64,000 nucleotides of DNA. Source: a virus. Under the pieces are notes generated by a model, which saw only the letters and a program-made list of their open reading frames with translations, was not told the DNA's origin and ran no database searches. A program made the position numbers and the translations under genes. Position 1 is the stretch's first letter, and each line of letters begins with the position of its first letter. Location: IMG/VR virus record IMGVR_UViG_3300042673_002246. One strand, given 5' to 3'. Of this stretch, positions 1-8,300 are shown in pieces.

Positions 1-144
1 TTCAGCGATAATTCCCATAAGTTCATCGTTGACAGAGTCATTTGCTTTTATCACTTCTGCGGCTTTGGAGATTATTGACCCACCTCTACCATGTTGGAGT
101 TTGCGAGCAATTGACTCAAGCTGTTCGATTATTTCATTAGCCAT
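1..144 (-). CDS. Hypothetical protein, N-terminal part (runs off window start)
   Basis: Translated by hand: ATG at 144, MANEIIEQLESIARKLQHG..., open to position 1; overlaps the stop of the upstream ORF. Confidence 0.55.
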   Translation of the reverse strand, partial: MANEIIEQLESIARKLQHGRGGSIISKAAEVIKANDSVNDELMGIIAE

Positions 145-292
145 TAGCGGCTTTCTTTTCGTCCAGAATTTTTCCGCATACAGAACAGAAGATTACACCG
201 CCTTTTTCGTTGCCAAGAAAGTGTTGCCAATTACCGCAGCGATGAGGCATGCGAGATGTCAGCCAAATCCAGAAGTATCTAATTTGTTCCAT
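137..292 (-). CDS. Small hypothetical protein (51 aa) with CxxC
   Basis: Hand translation MEQIRYFWIWLTSRMPHRCGNWQHF...FCSVCGKIL; coupled to neighbours in a minus-strand run. Confidence 0.45.
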   Translation of the reverse strand: MEQIRYFWIWLTSRMPHRCGNWQHFLGNEKGGVIFCSVCGKILDEKKAANG

Positions 293-554
293 CTTCCCCC
301 CAGTGTTGCTTGTCCAGCGTGGACATTAACTCATCGATTGCACGCCACAGCTCTGGCCAGTCTCTGCGGAGCTTGGCCATCATGCGCCTGTGTCGCCTCG
401 TATCATCGTCAATCCATGTGATTGCCATGCGAAATGCAAATACTTTATGCAATAGCTCATGGTATTTTTCCTCAAGGTCGTCATACGCGAACATCAGAAG
501 CTCATGTTCTGACTCAAACCCCTTGATTATGTTTTTCATTTTTTCTTTTTTCAT
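279..554 (-). CDS. Hypothetical phage protein
   Basis: 91-aa ORF with GAGGAGG RBS, same strand as neighbours. Confidence 0.65.
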   Translation of the reverse strand: MKKEKMKNIIKGFESEHELLMFAYDDLEEKYHELLHKVFAFRMAITWIDDDTRRHRRMMAKLRRDWPELWRAIDELMSTLDKQHWGEDGTN

Positions 555-566
555 TTTTCCTCCTCG

Positions 567-639
<73 letters not shown>

Positions 640-644
640 TTTGA

Positions 645-926
645 TTATAAATCTCTTGGCGGTATCGGTATTCCGCCTCCAGCCATTCTGAGGAATGTTT
701 TTTCGTCAATAACCTCAAACGACCATGCGTCTTGAGTGAATCCATTATTTATTTCGTGCGGTCTTCTGTCAATCAACGAAATCAGTCTGCACCTAGCGAT
801 ATTCCCGTCAATTTTAGTGTTTACGTACCATGTTTTTACTGGGTCTCTTGTTTGCCAAATAACATAAATGCAGTCATCGGTTTGGCCTGTTTTTGTTATT
901 TTTCCAATTGTCCCTTTTTGTGACAT
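645..926 (-). CDS. Hypothetical protein
   Basis: 93-aa ORF filling the gap in a minus-strand run. Confidence 0.55.
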   Translation of the reverse strand: MSQKGTIGKITKTGQTDDCIYVIWQTRDPVKTWYVNTKIDGNIARCRLISLIDRRPHEINNGFTQDAWSFEVIDEKTFLRMAGGGIPIPPRDL

Positions 927-939
927 GTTATTACCATTC

Positions 940-1329
940 TTATTTCTCGACTACTTTATATTTTGCATAGTGCAGACTTTTTTCAGCATACTCGGGATTT
1001 AGCGTTTTACGCCATCCGCCGATAGATTCCATGAGCACACCAGGCTGTCCTGTTGCCTCGCACGTGCGAGCCGCAATCTCCTCATGTTTGGTGATTATTT
1101 CACTAAGCCTGACTGGCTCATGACATGACTCCGACACCTCGATGTAATATCTCAACCCACCAAATTTTTGTTTCACTTGAAGGATTGTGTAATTTGGGTC
1201 TATCGCGAGAAGTTCTTTGTCGCAGTCAAGGACAATCTTGTACCACCCCTCATCGACGTCGATGTTCTTCCACCACCCATCTTTTATTCTTTGGGCTAGT
1301 TCTCTTATTTCTATGCTTATGTTGTTCAT
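940..1329 (-). CDS. Conserved phage hypothetical protein
   Basis: QVKQKFGGLRYY...RTCEATG.PG motif that recurs in phage hypotheticals. Confidence 0.7.
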   Translation of the reverse strand: MNNISIEIRELAQRIKDGWWKNIDVDEGWYKIVLDCDKELLAIDPNYTILQVKQKFGGLRYYIEVSESCHEPVRLSEIITKHEEIAARTCEATGQPGVLMESIGGWRKTLNPEYAEKSLHYAKYKVVEK

Positions 1330-1331
1330 AG

Positions 1332-1403
1332 TGGGAGCCGAGGGTCTCGAACCCTCCGCCTACTCGATGTAAACGAGTTGCTCTACCGCTGAGCTAGGCA
1401 CCC
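1332..1403 (-). tRNA. tRNA-Val(TAC)
   Basis: Cloverleaf, anticodon stem ACTCG/CGAGT, loop TTTACAT, TTCGAGA T-loop. Confidence 0.9.
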
Positions 1404-1419
1404 TGCGTGTTCACCTTAG

Positions 1420-1494
1420 TGCCCCTGGTTGGAATTGAACCAACGTGGACCGCTACGGTTTCTACACCTTATAAGAGTGAGCCGATACAGGGGC
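1420..1494 (-). ncRNA. Atypical tRNA-like RNA, anticodon TAT (Ile), lacking a canonical D-arm
   Basis: Perfect 7-bp acceptor stem GCCCCTG/CAGGGGC+A, perfect T-arm GTTGG-TTCAATT-CCAAC, loop CTTATAA; only 7 nt between acceptor and anticodon stems. Confidence 0.7.
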
Positions 1495-1499
1495 CAGTT

Positions 1500-1826
1500 T
1501 CACTTGAATAGCTCCACTGCCTCGGTTATTCGTTCACGCAAAGCACTCACGCTTCCAGACGACGACATTTTCCCTTGGAAAACACCTTTGTGGAAAAGAA
1601 GCAATGAAGGAATAGACATAATTTCGAAGTCCTTCGCTGTCGCCATATTGTCGTCTGTGTTGATTTTAACAAAATCTACTTTCTCACTGAATTCACCAGA
1701 TAGTTCATCAAGAATTGGGGAAAGTTTTAAGCACGGTCCGCACCATGGTGCCCAAAAATCTACAAGAACCAGCTTGTCTGATGAGTTGATAAATTCACTA
1801 AATGTTTGGTCGGTAAGTTCTAACAT
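1500..1826 (-). CDS. trxA: Thioredoxin
   Basis: VLVDFWAPWCGPC active site, 108 aa. Confidence 0.95.
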   Translation of the reverse strand: MLELTDQTFSEFINSSDKLVLVDFWAPWCGPCLKLSPILDELSGEFSEKVDFVKINTDDNMATAKDFEIMSIPSLLLFHKGVFQGKMSSSGSVSALRERITEAVELFK

Positions 1827-1836
1827 GATTTAAATA

Positions 1837-2295
1837 CTACTCCGTTTCATCGTAATTTTTGTCGTACATCATCTTAATTACATCTTCTGGGTAGATAAGA
1901 AAACCCTTTGCCGGGTTGTCATCTCCACCAAAATTTCTTTTTGTCTCAGGATTGAATTTATCAGGATGTTTCCTGAGAAAACGCTTTAGACGGGCTACCG
2001 ATATTATTACGAACGAACCGTCCATTGCGTAAATGTATACCCACCATTTTGCGGTTGTTACATTTATTCCGCTTGCTACCCAAACTTGCTCACCGTTTTC
2101 ATCACGCGCACCGCGTGGATTTTGTTGCGTTTCCACAACCATTCTGCCATTGCGATATCTATCGCTTTTTACTTCAAATTCCCCACCGGAGAGTGATTCA
2201 AGAAACTGAGAAATCAGTTTCTCTCCTTCCTGCCCATACGCCAGGTCGGATTTAAAATCAAATGTTCTAGCTGGTAAATCCCAAGAGTCTTTCAT
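1837..2295 (-). CDS. Conserved phage protein, PD-(D/E)xK nuclease-like
   Basis: DLAYGQEGE...FEVKSDR...G.MVVE pattern. Confidence 0.55.
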   Translation of the reverse strand: MKDSWDLPARTFDFKSDLAYGQEGEKLISQFLESLSGGEFEVKSDRYRNGRMVVETQQNPRGARDENGEQVWVASGINVTTAKWWVYIYAMDGSFVIISVARLKRFLRKHPDKFNPETKRNFGGDDNPAKGFLIYPEDVIKMMYDKNYDETE

Positions 2296-2337
2296 TCCTG
2301 AAAGAATACTAATTCAGCGATGGAATAACAACCGTTA

Positions 2338-2940
2338 CTACATTCTCCAGTTGGCTAATCCGCCCTTACTATTGTTCATAATGTAACGAGCCATCATTAA
2401 ATTGCAGTGCACTGTCTTAAGCCCTTGCATTCGGTTTTCGACAGCATTGTCCCCGCATACATTTTTTACTGCCGAGTACCAACTGGAATTGATTTGCAAC
2501 AATCCCGTATCGTATGAGCCGTCCTTGTTTAGAGCGTAGGTCATGTTGCCAGCGGCATCCCACTTCGCATTTTGTGCTTTCGGGCGACAACCCGACTCCC
2601 TCCACGCAATGTATGACCATGTTTGTATTGGGTAAAGACCATAAGCTTCGAAAACTGGCTCAAGCTTTGGGCAGCGCTTACTCGGGTCGCTTGGAACTTC
2701 TTTCCTGTGCCCCTCGTGGTCGCTTTTCACTGGTGGGAACTGCGGCAAGCTTCGCTTGGCCCTAAACCCTGGGTCGGCTTCCCTGACCTCTTGGTTTGCG
2801 GCCCACACCGGATTTTCAACTAACACCTCCTCAACCGATAAATTGACCGAAGTGTTTGCTGTTTCCGTTGTGTTTGTCGGAATTCCAACTCCAGCTATAA
2901 AAAGGAGTATAGAAAATCCCCATCCAATAAATGTGTTCAA
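2338..2940 (-). CDS. Secreted lytic transglycosylase-like (SLT/lysozyme fold) protein
   Basis: N-terminal hydrophobic signal; IAWRESGC catalytic Glu and DTGLLQIN motif; TTG start with AGGAG RBS. Confidence 0.8.
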   Translation of the reverse strand: MNTFIGWGFSILLFIAGVGIPTNTTETANTSVNLSVEEVLVENPVWAANQEVREADPGFRAKRSLPQFPPVKSDHEGHRKEVPSDPSKRCPKLEPVFEAYGLYPIQTWSYIAWRESGCRPKAQNAKWDAAGNMTYALNKDGSYDTGLLQINSSWYSAVKNVCGDNAVENRMQGLKTVHCNLMMARYIMNNSKGGLANWRM

Positions 2941-3031
2941 TTGCTTCTCCTGTTGTCGGCGGATAAGACGTGGCGTTTAGTAAAAAGCCAATATTTGGTT
3001 TGCTTTGGTCACCCCGCCAGGGGCACTATTA

Positions 3032-3040
3032 ATTATAACA
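3032..3040 (-). promoter_or_regulatory. Extended -10 promoter (TGTTATAAT) upstream of the transglycosylase
   Basis: Perfect TGnTATAAT about 90 nt before the start codon. Confidence 0.55.
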
Positions 3041-3094
3041 GTTTGATTACGCCAGCTGCAACCGCGTAGCAACCAATAAAAATAAGGGTTTTAT

Positions 3095-3328
3095 CTATTG
3101 AAAGTTATCTGGTCCAAGAATCTCAAAAACAGCAAGCACTTTACCCTGTGGCGTCGGACCGATAATAATTTCAAATTGCATTGACCGAAGTATCAGTTCG
3201 GCTATGTCTTCCGCTTGTCGTTTTGCGTCTGCAGCATCTTGCTCATCATTTTGTTTAACGGAAATATAATTTAAAATCACTTCCGCTAAATGGTCAATGA
3301 CCGTGAGTCTAGATACTGGTTCTGACAT
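3095..3328 (-). CDS. Hypothetical protein
   Basis: 77-aa ORF divergent from ssb. Confidence 0.5.
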   Translation of the reverse strand: MSEPVSRLTVIDHLAEVILNYISVKQNDEQDAADAKRQAEDIAELILRSMQFEIIIGPTPQGKVLAVFEILGPDNFQ

Positions 3329-3330
3329 GG

Positions 3331-3359
3331 TTGACAGGCTACACCAGTTGGGCTAGGGT
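3331..3359 (+). promoter_or_regulatory. SigA-type promoter for ssb
   Basis: TTGACA-17 bp-TAGGGT (TANNNT -10). Confidence 0.65.
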
Positions 3360-3390
3360 GACACGCAATATCAACCCAGTAGGAGAAGAA

Positions 3391-3873
3391 ATGAACCTAG
3401 CGCCAATAACAGTAATTGGGAACGTCACGGCGGACCCAGAGCTCACCTACACGCAAAGCGAGCAGGCCCGCCTGTCGTTTTCTGTAGCAGTTAACCACAT
3501 CTGGTACGACCAGAAAAACGAAAAGCAGGAAAAGGTCAGCTACCACAACGTAACAGCGTGGAGATACCTTGCTGAAAACACTGCACGAGTAATCGAAAAG
3601 GGCATCGGCGTCGTTGTTTATGGACGACTAGAGCAGCGCTCATATGATGACAAGGACGGCAACAAGCGTTCAATCACGGAGATTGTCGCAGAAGACATTG
3701 GCGTACTGACTCGCTCAATTGAGACGATTACTCGTCGTGTTGGAAAGAATTCTGGTGAGGGCCAGCCTCAGCAGTCTGGCTCGCGTCAGTCGTCTCAGCA
3801 GACTGGAGCACGTCGCGCGCGACCAGCAACCGCCGCAGTGGGCGCCCCATCGGACGAACCAGAGCCATTCTGA
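3391..3873 (+). CDS. ssb: Single-stranded DNA-binding protein
   Basis: ITVIGNVTADPEL...VVVYGRLEQRSY OB-fold, acidic DEPEPF tail; ATG at 3391 after AGGAG. Confidence 0.95.
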   Translation: MNLAPITVIGNVTADPELTYTQSEQARLSFSVAVNHIWYDQKNEKQEKVSYHNVTAWRYLAENTARVIEKGIGVVVYGRLEQRSYDDKDGNKRSITEIVAEDIGVLTRSIETITRRVGKNSGEGQPQQSGSRQSSQQTGARRARPATAAVGAPSDEPEPF

Positions 3874-3902
3874 GCCCAACCCCGAGATTCGGGGAAAAGT
3901 TT

Positions 3903-3950
3903 AAGCGCCTGTTAATTTGCGCCAGGGAGCGTAAAACAGGCGCTTTTTCT
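3903..3950 (+). terminator. Intrinsic terminator after ssb
   Basis: AAGCGCCTGTT...AACAGGCGCTT stem followed by TTTCT. Confidence 0.7.
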
Positions 3951-3964
3951 ATGCCCAAAATCAG

Positions 3965-4026
3965 TTTCTGACTCTAGAAAAAATAGTCAGAAAAAGGTTG
4001 CAATCTTAAAAATCAGACATTAAGTT
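3965..4026 (+). promoter_or_regulatory. Inverted repeat plus SigA-like promoter
   Basis: TTTCTGACT-N11-AGTCAGAAA (3965-3993), then TTGCAA-17-TAAGTT. Confidence 0.55.
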
Positions 4027-4062
4027 TGTTGCCACCTAGACCACAGCCAAGGAGGTAGTGGA

Positions 4063-4302
4063 ATGTCAGAATACAGCAAGCTCAAAGAAAAAGGAATGGG
4101 ACGCGGTCGTCCACGTCACACAGAAGAGCAGAAAGTTCAGTCAGCAGCATTGAATACAATGCGTCAGGAAGCACGTCGACGTGCGCATTTGGTTCTCAAA
4201 AGTCGTCATATCGATGAATATAACGATATCTACGAGGCTGAATTGGGCGCGATGCAGTCAACTGAAACTACATCACGTCGCGTAAAGCGCACGCGCAAAT
4301 AA
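4063..4302 (+). CDS. Small basic protein with AT-hook-like GRGRPR, likely DNA-binding
   Basis: GRGRPR motif, strong AAGGAGG RBS. Confidence 0.7.
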   Translation: MSEYSKLKEKGMGRGRPRHTEEQKVQSAALNTMRQEARRRAHLVLKSRHIDEYNDIYEAELGAMQSTETTSRRVKRTRK

Positions 4303-4323
4303 GTTTGAGCTGAGTTGGTGGGG

Positions 4324-4482
4324 CTAAATTTGCTCGTCCAACTCAGCTTTTCTTATTCTTTTTTCAGCGTTTGGACTAAGGTCAAGTAGAAACCTTCTTG
4401 CCCAGGTTCTTTTTTCGTTATCAGTCATTTCCCAGAAGTTCTCTGGCAACTTTTTAATTCGTTGAAGAGGTGCATCAGCCAT
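4324..4482 (-). CDS. Hypothetical protein
   Basis: Probable start MADAPLQ at 4482, coupled to the upstream stop. Confidence 0.5.
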   Translation of the reverse strand: MADAPLQRIKKLPENFWEMTDNEKRTWARRFLLDLSPNAEKRIRKAELDEQI

Positions 4483-4666
4483 TATCTTCTTCGCCTTTAT
4501 CGTCATTGACTAATTCGCCAGTTTTAAAACGCTTGTTTTTTGACATATGTTCCATGATTGCTACAAGGTCCATGTGGTTTTCATAACTTGATGTCCTCAT
4601 GCGGCCGTCAGCGTCTGCTATTTGGGCAAGCTGCTCTATCGATGCTTCAAATCCAGGTGTCGTCAT
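4475..4666 (-). CDS. Hypothetical protein
   Basis: 63-aa ORF abutting its neighbours. Confidence 0.55.
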   Translation of the reverse strand: MTTPGFEASIEQLAQIADADGRMRTSSYENHMDLVAIMEHMSKNKRFKTGELVNDDKGEEDNG

Positions 4667-4870
4667 TTATCTTCCATCCCTAATCTTGTTAATCCTAGTT
4701 GATGAATGTTTATGTGTTTTTTTCTTTGCTGAACCATACTCTATTTCTAGCCATTCATCAAAATCTTCGTACGCACCGGGGGTGTCCCTGATGTAGCGCT
4801 CGTACTCTTTAAGCAATTCGACGTATTCATCGTCGTCTTCATCAAATCTTCTACCCATAACTAAAATCAA
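4667..4870 (-). CDS. Hypothetical protein
   Basis: Acidic/basic small ORF in a coupled run (start may be 4858). Confidence 0.55.
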   Translation of the reverse strand: MILVMGRRFDEDDDEYVELLKEYERYIRDTPGAYEDFDEWLEIEYGSAKKKTHKHSSTRINKIRDGR

Positions 4871-5370
4871 TCAGCCTTCGATGACCTTGCGCGTTTTCCC
4901 GCAGATGAAGCGGCTTCTGTGTTTTTTACAAATTGTCGGCCAGAACGACTGCCTAATAGCTTTTTTCTATTTGTTGCTGCTCGCTGAGCTGGGGTAAGTC
5001 TTGACCACGCTTTTGCTGGGAGATATCTACGCATTCCACCAGGACGATTTGCTGGTTTTCCGTCTGATGTTCTCCATTTTTCTTTAGTCCATTTCTTTAG
5101 AGAGCGTTGACGTTTTTTAAGTCCACCCCTGTATCCGCCACCGGCTTTTTCATACTCAATGGCAAGTAGTTGGGCTTTACGCGCAGACCACTGTCCTGGT
5201 TTCCCGCCTTTTGAGCCGGCCATAATTCTGTTTTTTATTTTTTCGCGGAGTTGCGGTTTTGTGTAAGACATGTTTGCAGCCTTAGCCAAGATGACAGGAG
5301 CTTCGCCGACAAATGTATTGATTGACTCTTCCACCCACGCAGCTGTTGAATCTGAATTTCGCGTTCTCAT
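4867..5370 (-). CDS. Conserved basic phage protein (GQWSARKAQ / KWTKEKW family)
   Basis: YTKPQLREKIK...GGKPGQWSARKAQLL...SLKKWTKEKW...RYLP motifs recur in phage hypotheticals. Confidence 0.75.
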   Translation of the reverse strand: MRTRNSDSTAAWVEESINTFVGEAPVILAKAANMSYTKPQLREKIKNRIMAGSKGGKPGQWSARKAQLLAIEYEKAGGGYRGGLKKRQRSLKKWTKEKWRTSDGKPANRPGGMRRYLPAKAWSRLTPAQRAATNRKKLLGSRSGRQFVKNTEAASSAGKRARSSKAD

Positions 5371-5395
5371 ATCGATACCTATATTATTGCACTTT

Positions 5396-8300
5396 TTATG
5401 AAGATTTTTTCTTAGTGTTTTTTATGGGCAATCGTGGCTGTCCTTCATCGCCTGACTCAAAAGCAAGTAGGGCCTTTCTGAACCGTTCAATTGTTTCCCT
5501 AGTAATTGTTTGGCCGCCATCGCCGCCGGTATCAATAAAGGCAGGACTCAGGTCATCTGCCCCAGACTCGAGCAACTCCCACAGAACGTTCAGGTTGGTT
5601 ACGGCTTTTTGGTTTTCCTGCCCACCCAAATCCCTGGCTCGCGGAAGGAATTGCGCTGTTGGGTAAATATCGGTTACATCAAGATAAAGAGTTCCGTCAT
5701 CCACCCATCCGCCGATAGCGACTCTTTCTGCTCCATCCGATGGGTTGTTGAATACTTCAGGTCCGTGAAAGTCCAGCCATGCAACGAATGTGTCAATAAG
5801 TTCTTCTGTTGGCTCTCCATCCGGAGTGAAGTCTGCAGAAGCTGGAAAAATCATTCCTTTTTTATTTCTTGCTACTGCTATACCATTTTTTATGTCGTCC
5901 ATTGTGTCTAGCTCGACAGTAAAACCGCCTTGGAATCCTTTTTGCAGAGTCTTTCTTGCCAGTAGGCGTTTCTCTGGGGTTTCAGCATATTTGACCTCAA
6001 CCTGTGATGCTATTTGCCGTATCTGCTCTGGAGAGTACTTAACTCTTTTTTTCTTCACAGTAGCTCCAGATGAAAGGCGTGGCGCACTGCTTGAATTTCG
6101 TTCCTGAGATTTTTCTGCCAGATTTCCCCACGGTTCTGTATTGCCGTCAACAAACAGTATTGAATAAACATCTTCACGCAGTTTTTTATTTAGCGCATAT
6201 GTCTTCAACTTATCATTTGGGTGAAGTATCGCAACTACTGCCTCAGCAAATGCTTCAGCTTTATTTGTATTACCGTAAGAAGAGAGCGTCATCGGACTAT
6301 CTGTAACCGAATTTATGTCAACCCCGTCAGAGAATCTGGCCATCATGTCAGGATTCATAATTACATCGTTATACTCGGACGCAACCTGCAGCGCTTGCGC
6401 GTAACGCTTATCCTGAGGGTCACCAGAACCAAAATAATGGCGATTTTTTGGCTTGCCAGCTAGTTCGACGTCTTTTAGTGCTCGGAAATGCAACCAATGT
6501 CCCCACTCATGGGTTATGACTCCAGCTATTGATTTGTCAATAGTGTTATCACGGCTCGTTACGAGTCTCGTCGGGTCCATGGTCACGTTTTCGCGTGCTG
6601 TGTCTAGCGAATTTGATTCCCTGTCGATAATCAGTCTTCGGTTAAAGGATACGGAATTAAGGAATGGAGTTGTCCTGGCGCGAACATATGGGTCTTTTGA
6701 ACCGATTCCGCGAACACTCTTTATTTGTTCAAGTTTTGACGAAACCTGAGGCAAGCTTTCATACGCCCTCGAAGCATCAGCTGTTTGCATGTAGAAAACG
6801 GGAGCACCGTGTGTCTCAAATGCCCACTTTAGTTTTGGATTTGATTCGACAGCTTGCTCAACAGCGTTACGCACAGCTTCAACTGCTTCGGGGGAGAAAT
6901 CTATATCATCCCATGGATTGTTTTTAAAATACTCGTCATGGACGGCGTTGAATTTTTTTACGTATTCTTCAGAGTCTCGTCCTCCTGGCGCAAAATCATC
7001 AATAAGCATTTCAAAGTATTGCTCTTTTGATGTTGGGACGAGCAATTCAGACATTTGTCTTGGAGTCATGCCCTTTAGCCAGTTCGACTTGCTTCTGCGA
7101 ACATTTCCGCCAAGTTCACTTTGGTCTCCGTATTTATATTTTTTCAATTGATGCGCTTTTATATCTGGCTGATTCATTTTGAGTATTGGACGCTCGCCTC
7201 CAGACGAAAGACGGTTAGAGGTTCGTCTATTTTTCCTGCCACCACGCGATAGGAGGCGATTAACCACAGTCCTTGGAGCTGACTGCTGGCTCTTGCGCTT
7301 GATGTCACGCTTCATTAAAATAGTGACGCCTTCTCCGGCTCTAAATAGCTCATCGGCTTCTTCAAAATCAACAAGCTGTTCTGCTGTTGCATTTGTTTTG
7401 AATTTTCCGTTTTTTGATTTTTCGTAGAGCGATGTTATTCTCTTCTTTTCTTCGTCCGTAAACCAGTTTCGTGATGAATCATTTACCGCATTATCTATTA
7501 CTTCTATAAATTTTTGCTGCTCGCCCTGCGACGCCCATGTAAAGCCATTTCTAGCCCAGTGTGTTGCGCCCATATAGTCGCCTTGTTTCCCAGACTGAGC
7601 GGAAGCCAATATTGTTTCTGCATCAATCTCTCTGTAAACAGCCTCGTTTCTGGCGTTGAAAATGCTCGCTATTCCATTGCCTCGAGCTGGGGCACCGACG
7701 GATAGTGAATCATGGACAATTATCTTATTTCTTCCATTGATTACAATTGTTCTGATTGAATCAGCAATTACCAGTTGGCCTTCGTTTTGCCCTTTTTCGA
7801 AGTCCTCCATATCTCCAATTCCGTCCCAACGTTCCCGCCGTGGAATTCCTGCTTGAGTAAGTCGTTTTACCGCGTCCTTGTCTTTTGTTTCAATGGTGAA
7901 TTTCAAGCTCACGCTTGTGGATGGCCGCTTTTTCACGCCTTCCATAATTCCATCGACCCCAAGGGCTTCACTTGCTTCTTCGAATTCTTCTTCGTCCATT
8001 TTCTGTACGACGACGTCTGTCGGTGAAACAACAACATCAAATGTTCTACCAAGATTTATTTTTTCTCCGTTTGTTGCCGTGACTATAACGTCGTTTCTTG
8101 TCGTTATTTCACCAGAAAACATATCTTTCGCTGCTGACTTTATTGATTCTTTGAGGGCTTTTCTTTCTTCGCTATCCGCGAGAACCTCTTCTTCGAATAC
8201 ATCGTATTCAATACCCTGAATTTTCTGAAATGAGGAATATCTTGGGTCATCTTTGGTAATCCACTCATCTTCTTTTTGGAGTTCGTCATTCAGCATCAGC

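Noticed and set aside
1420-1494. tmRNA tRNA-like domain
   Set aside because: Too short, has a 7-nt anticodon-type loop, and lacks the G3-U70 alanine identity pair and a tag ORF
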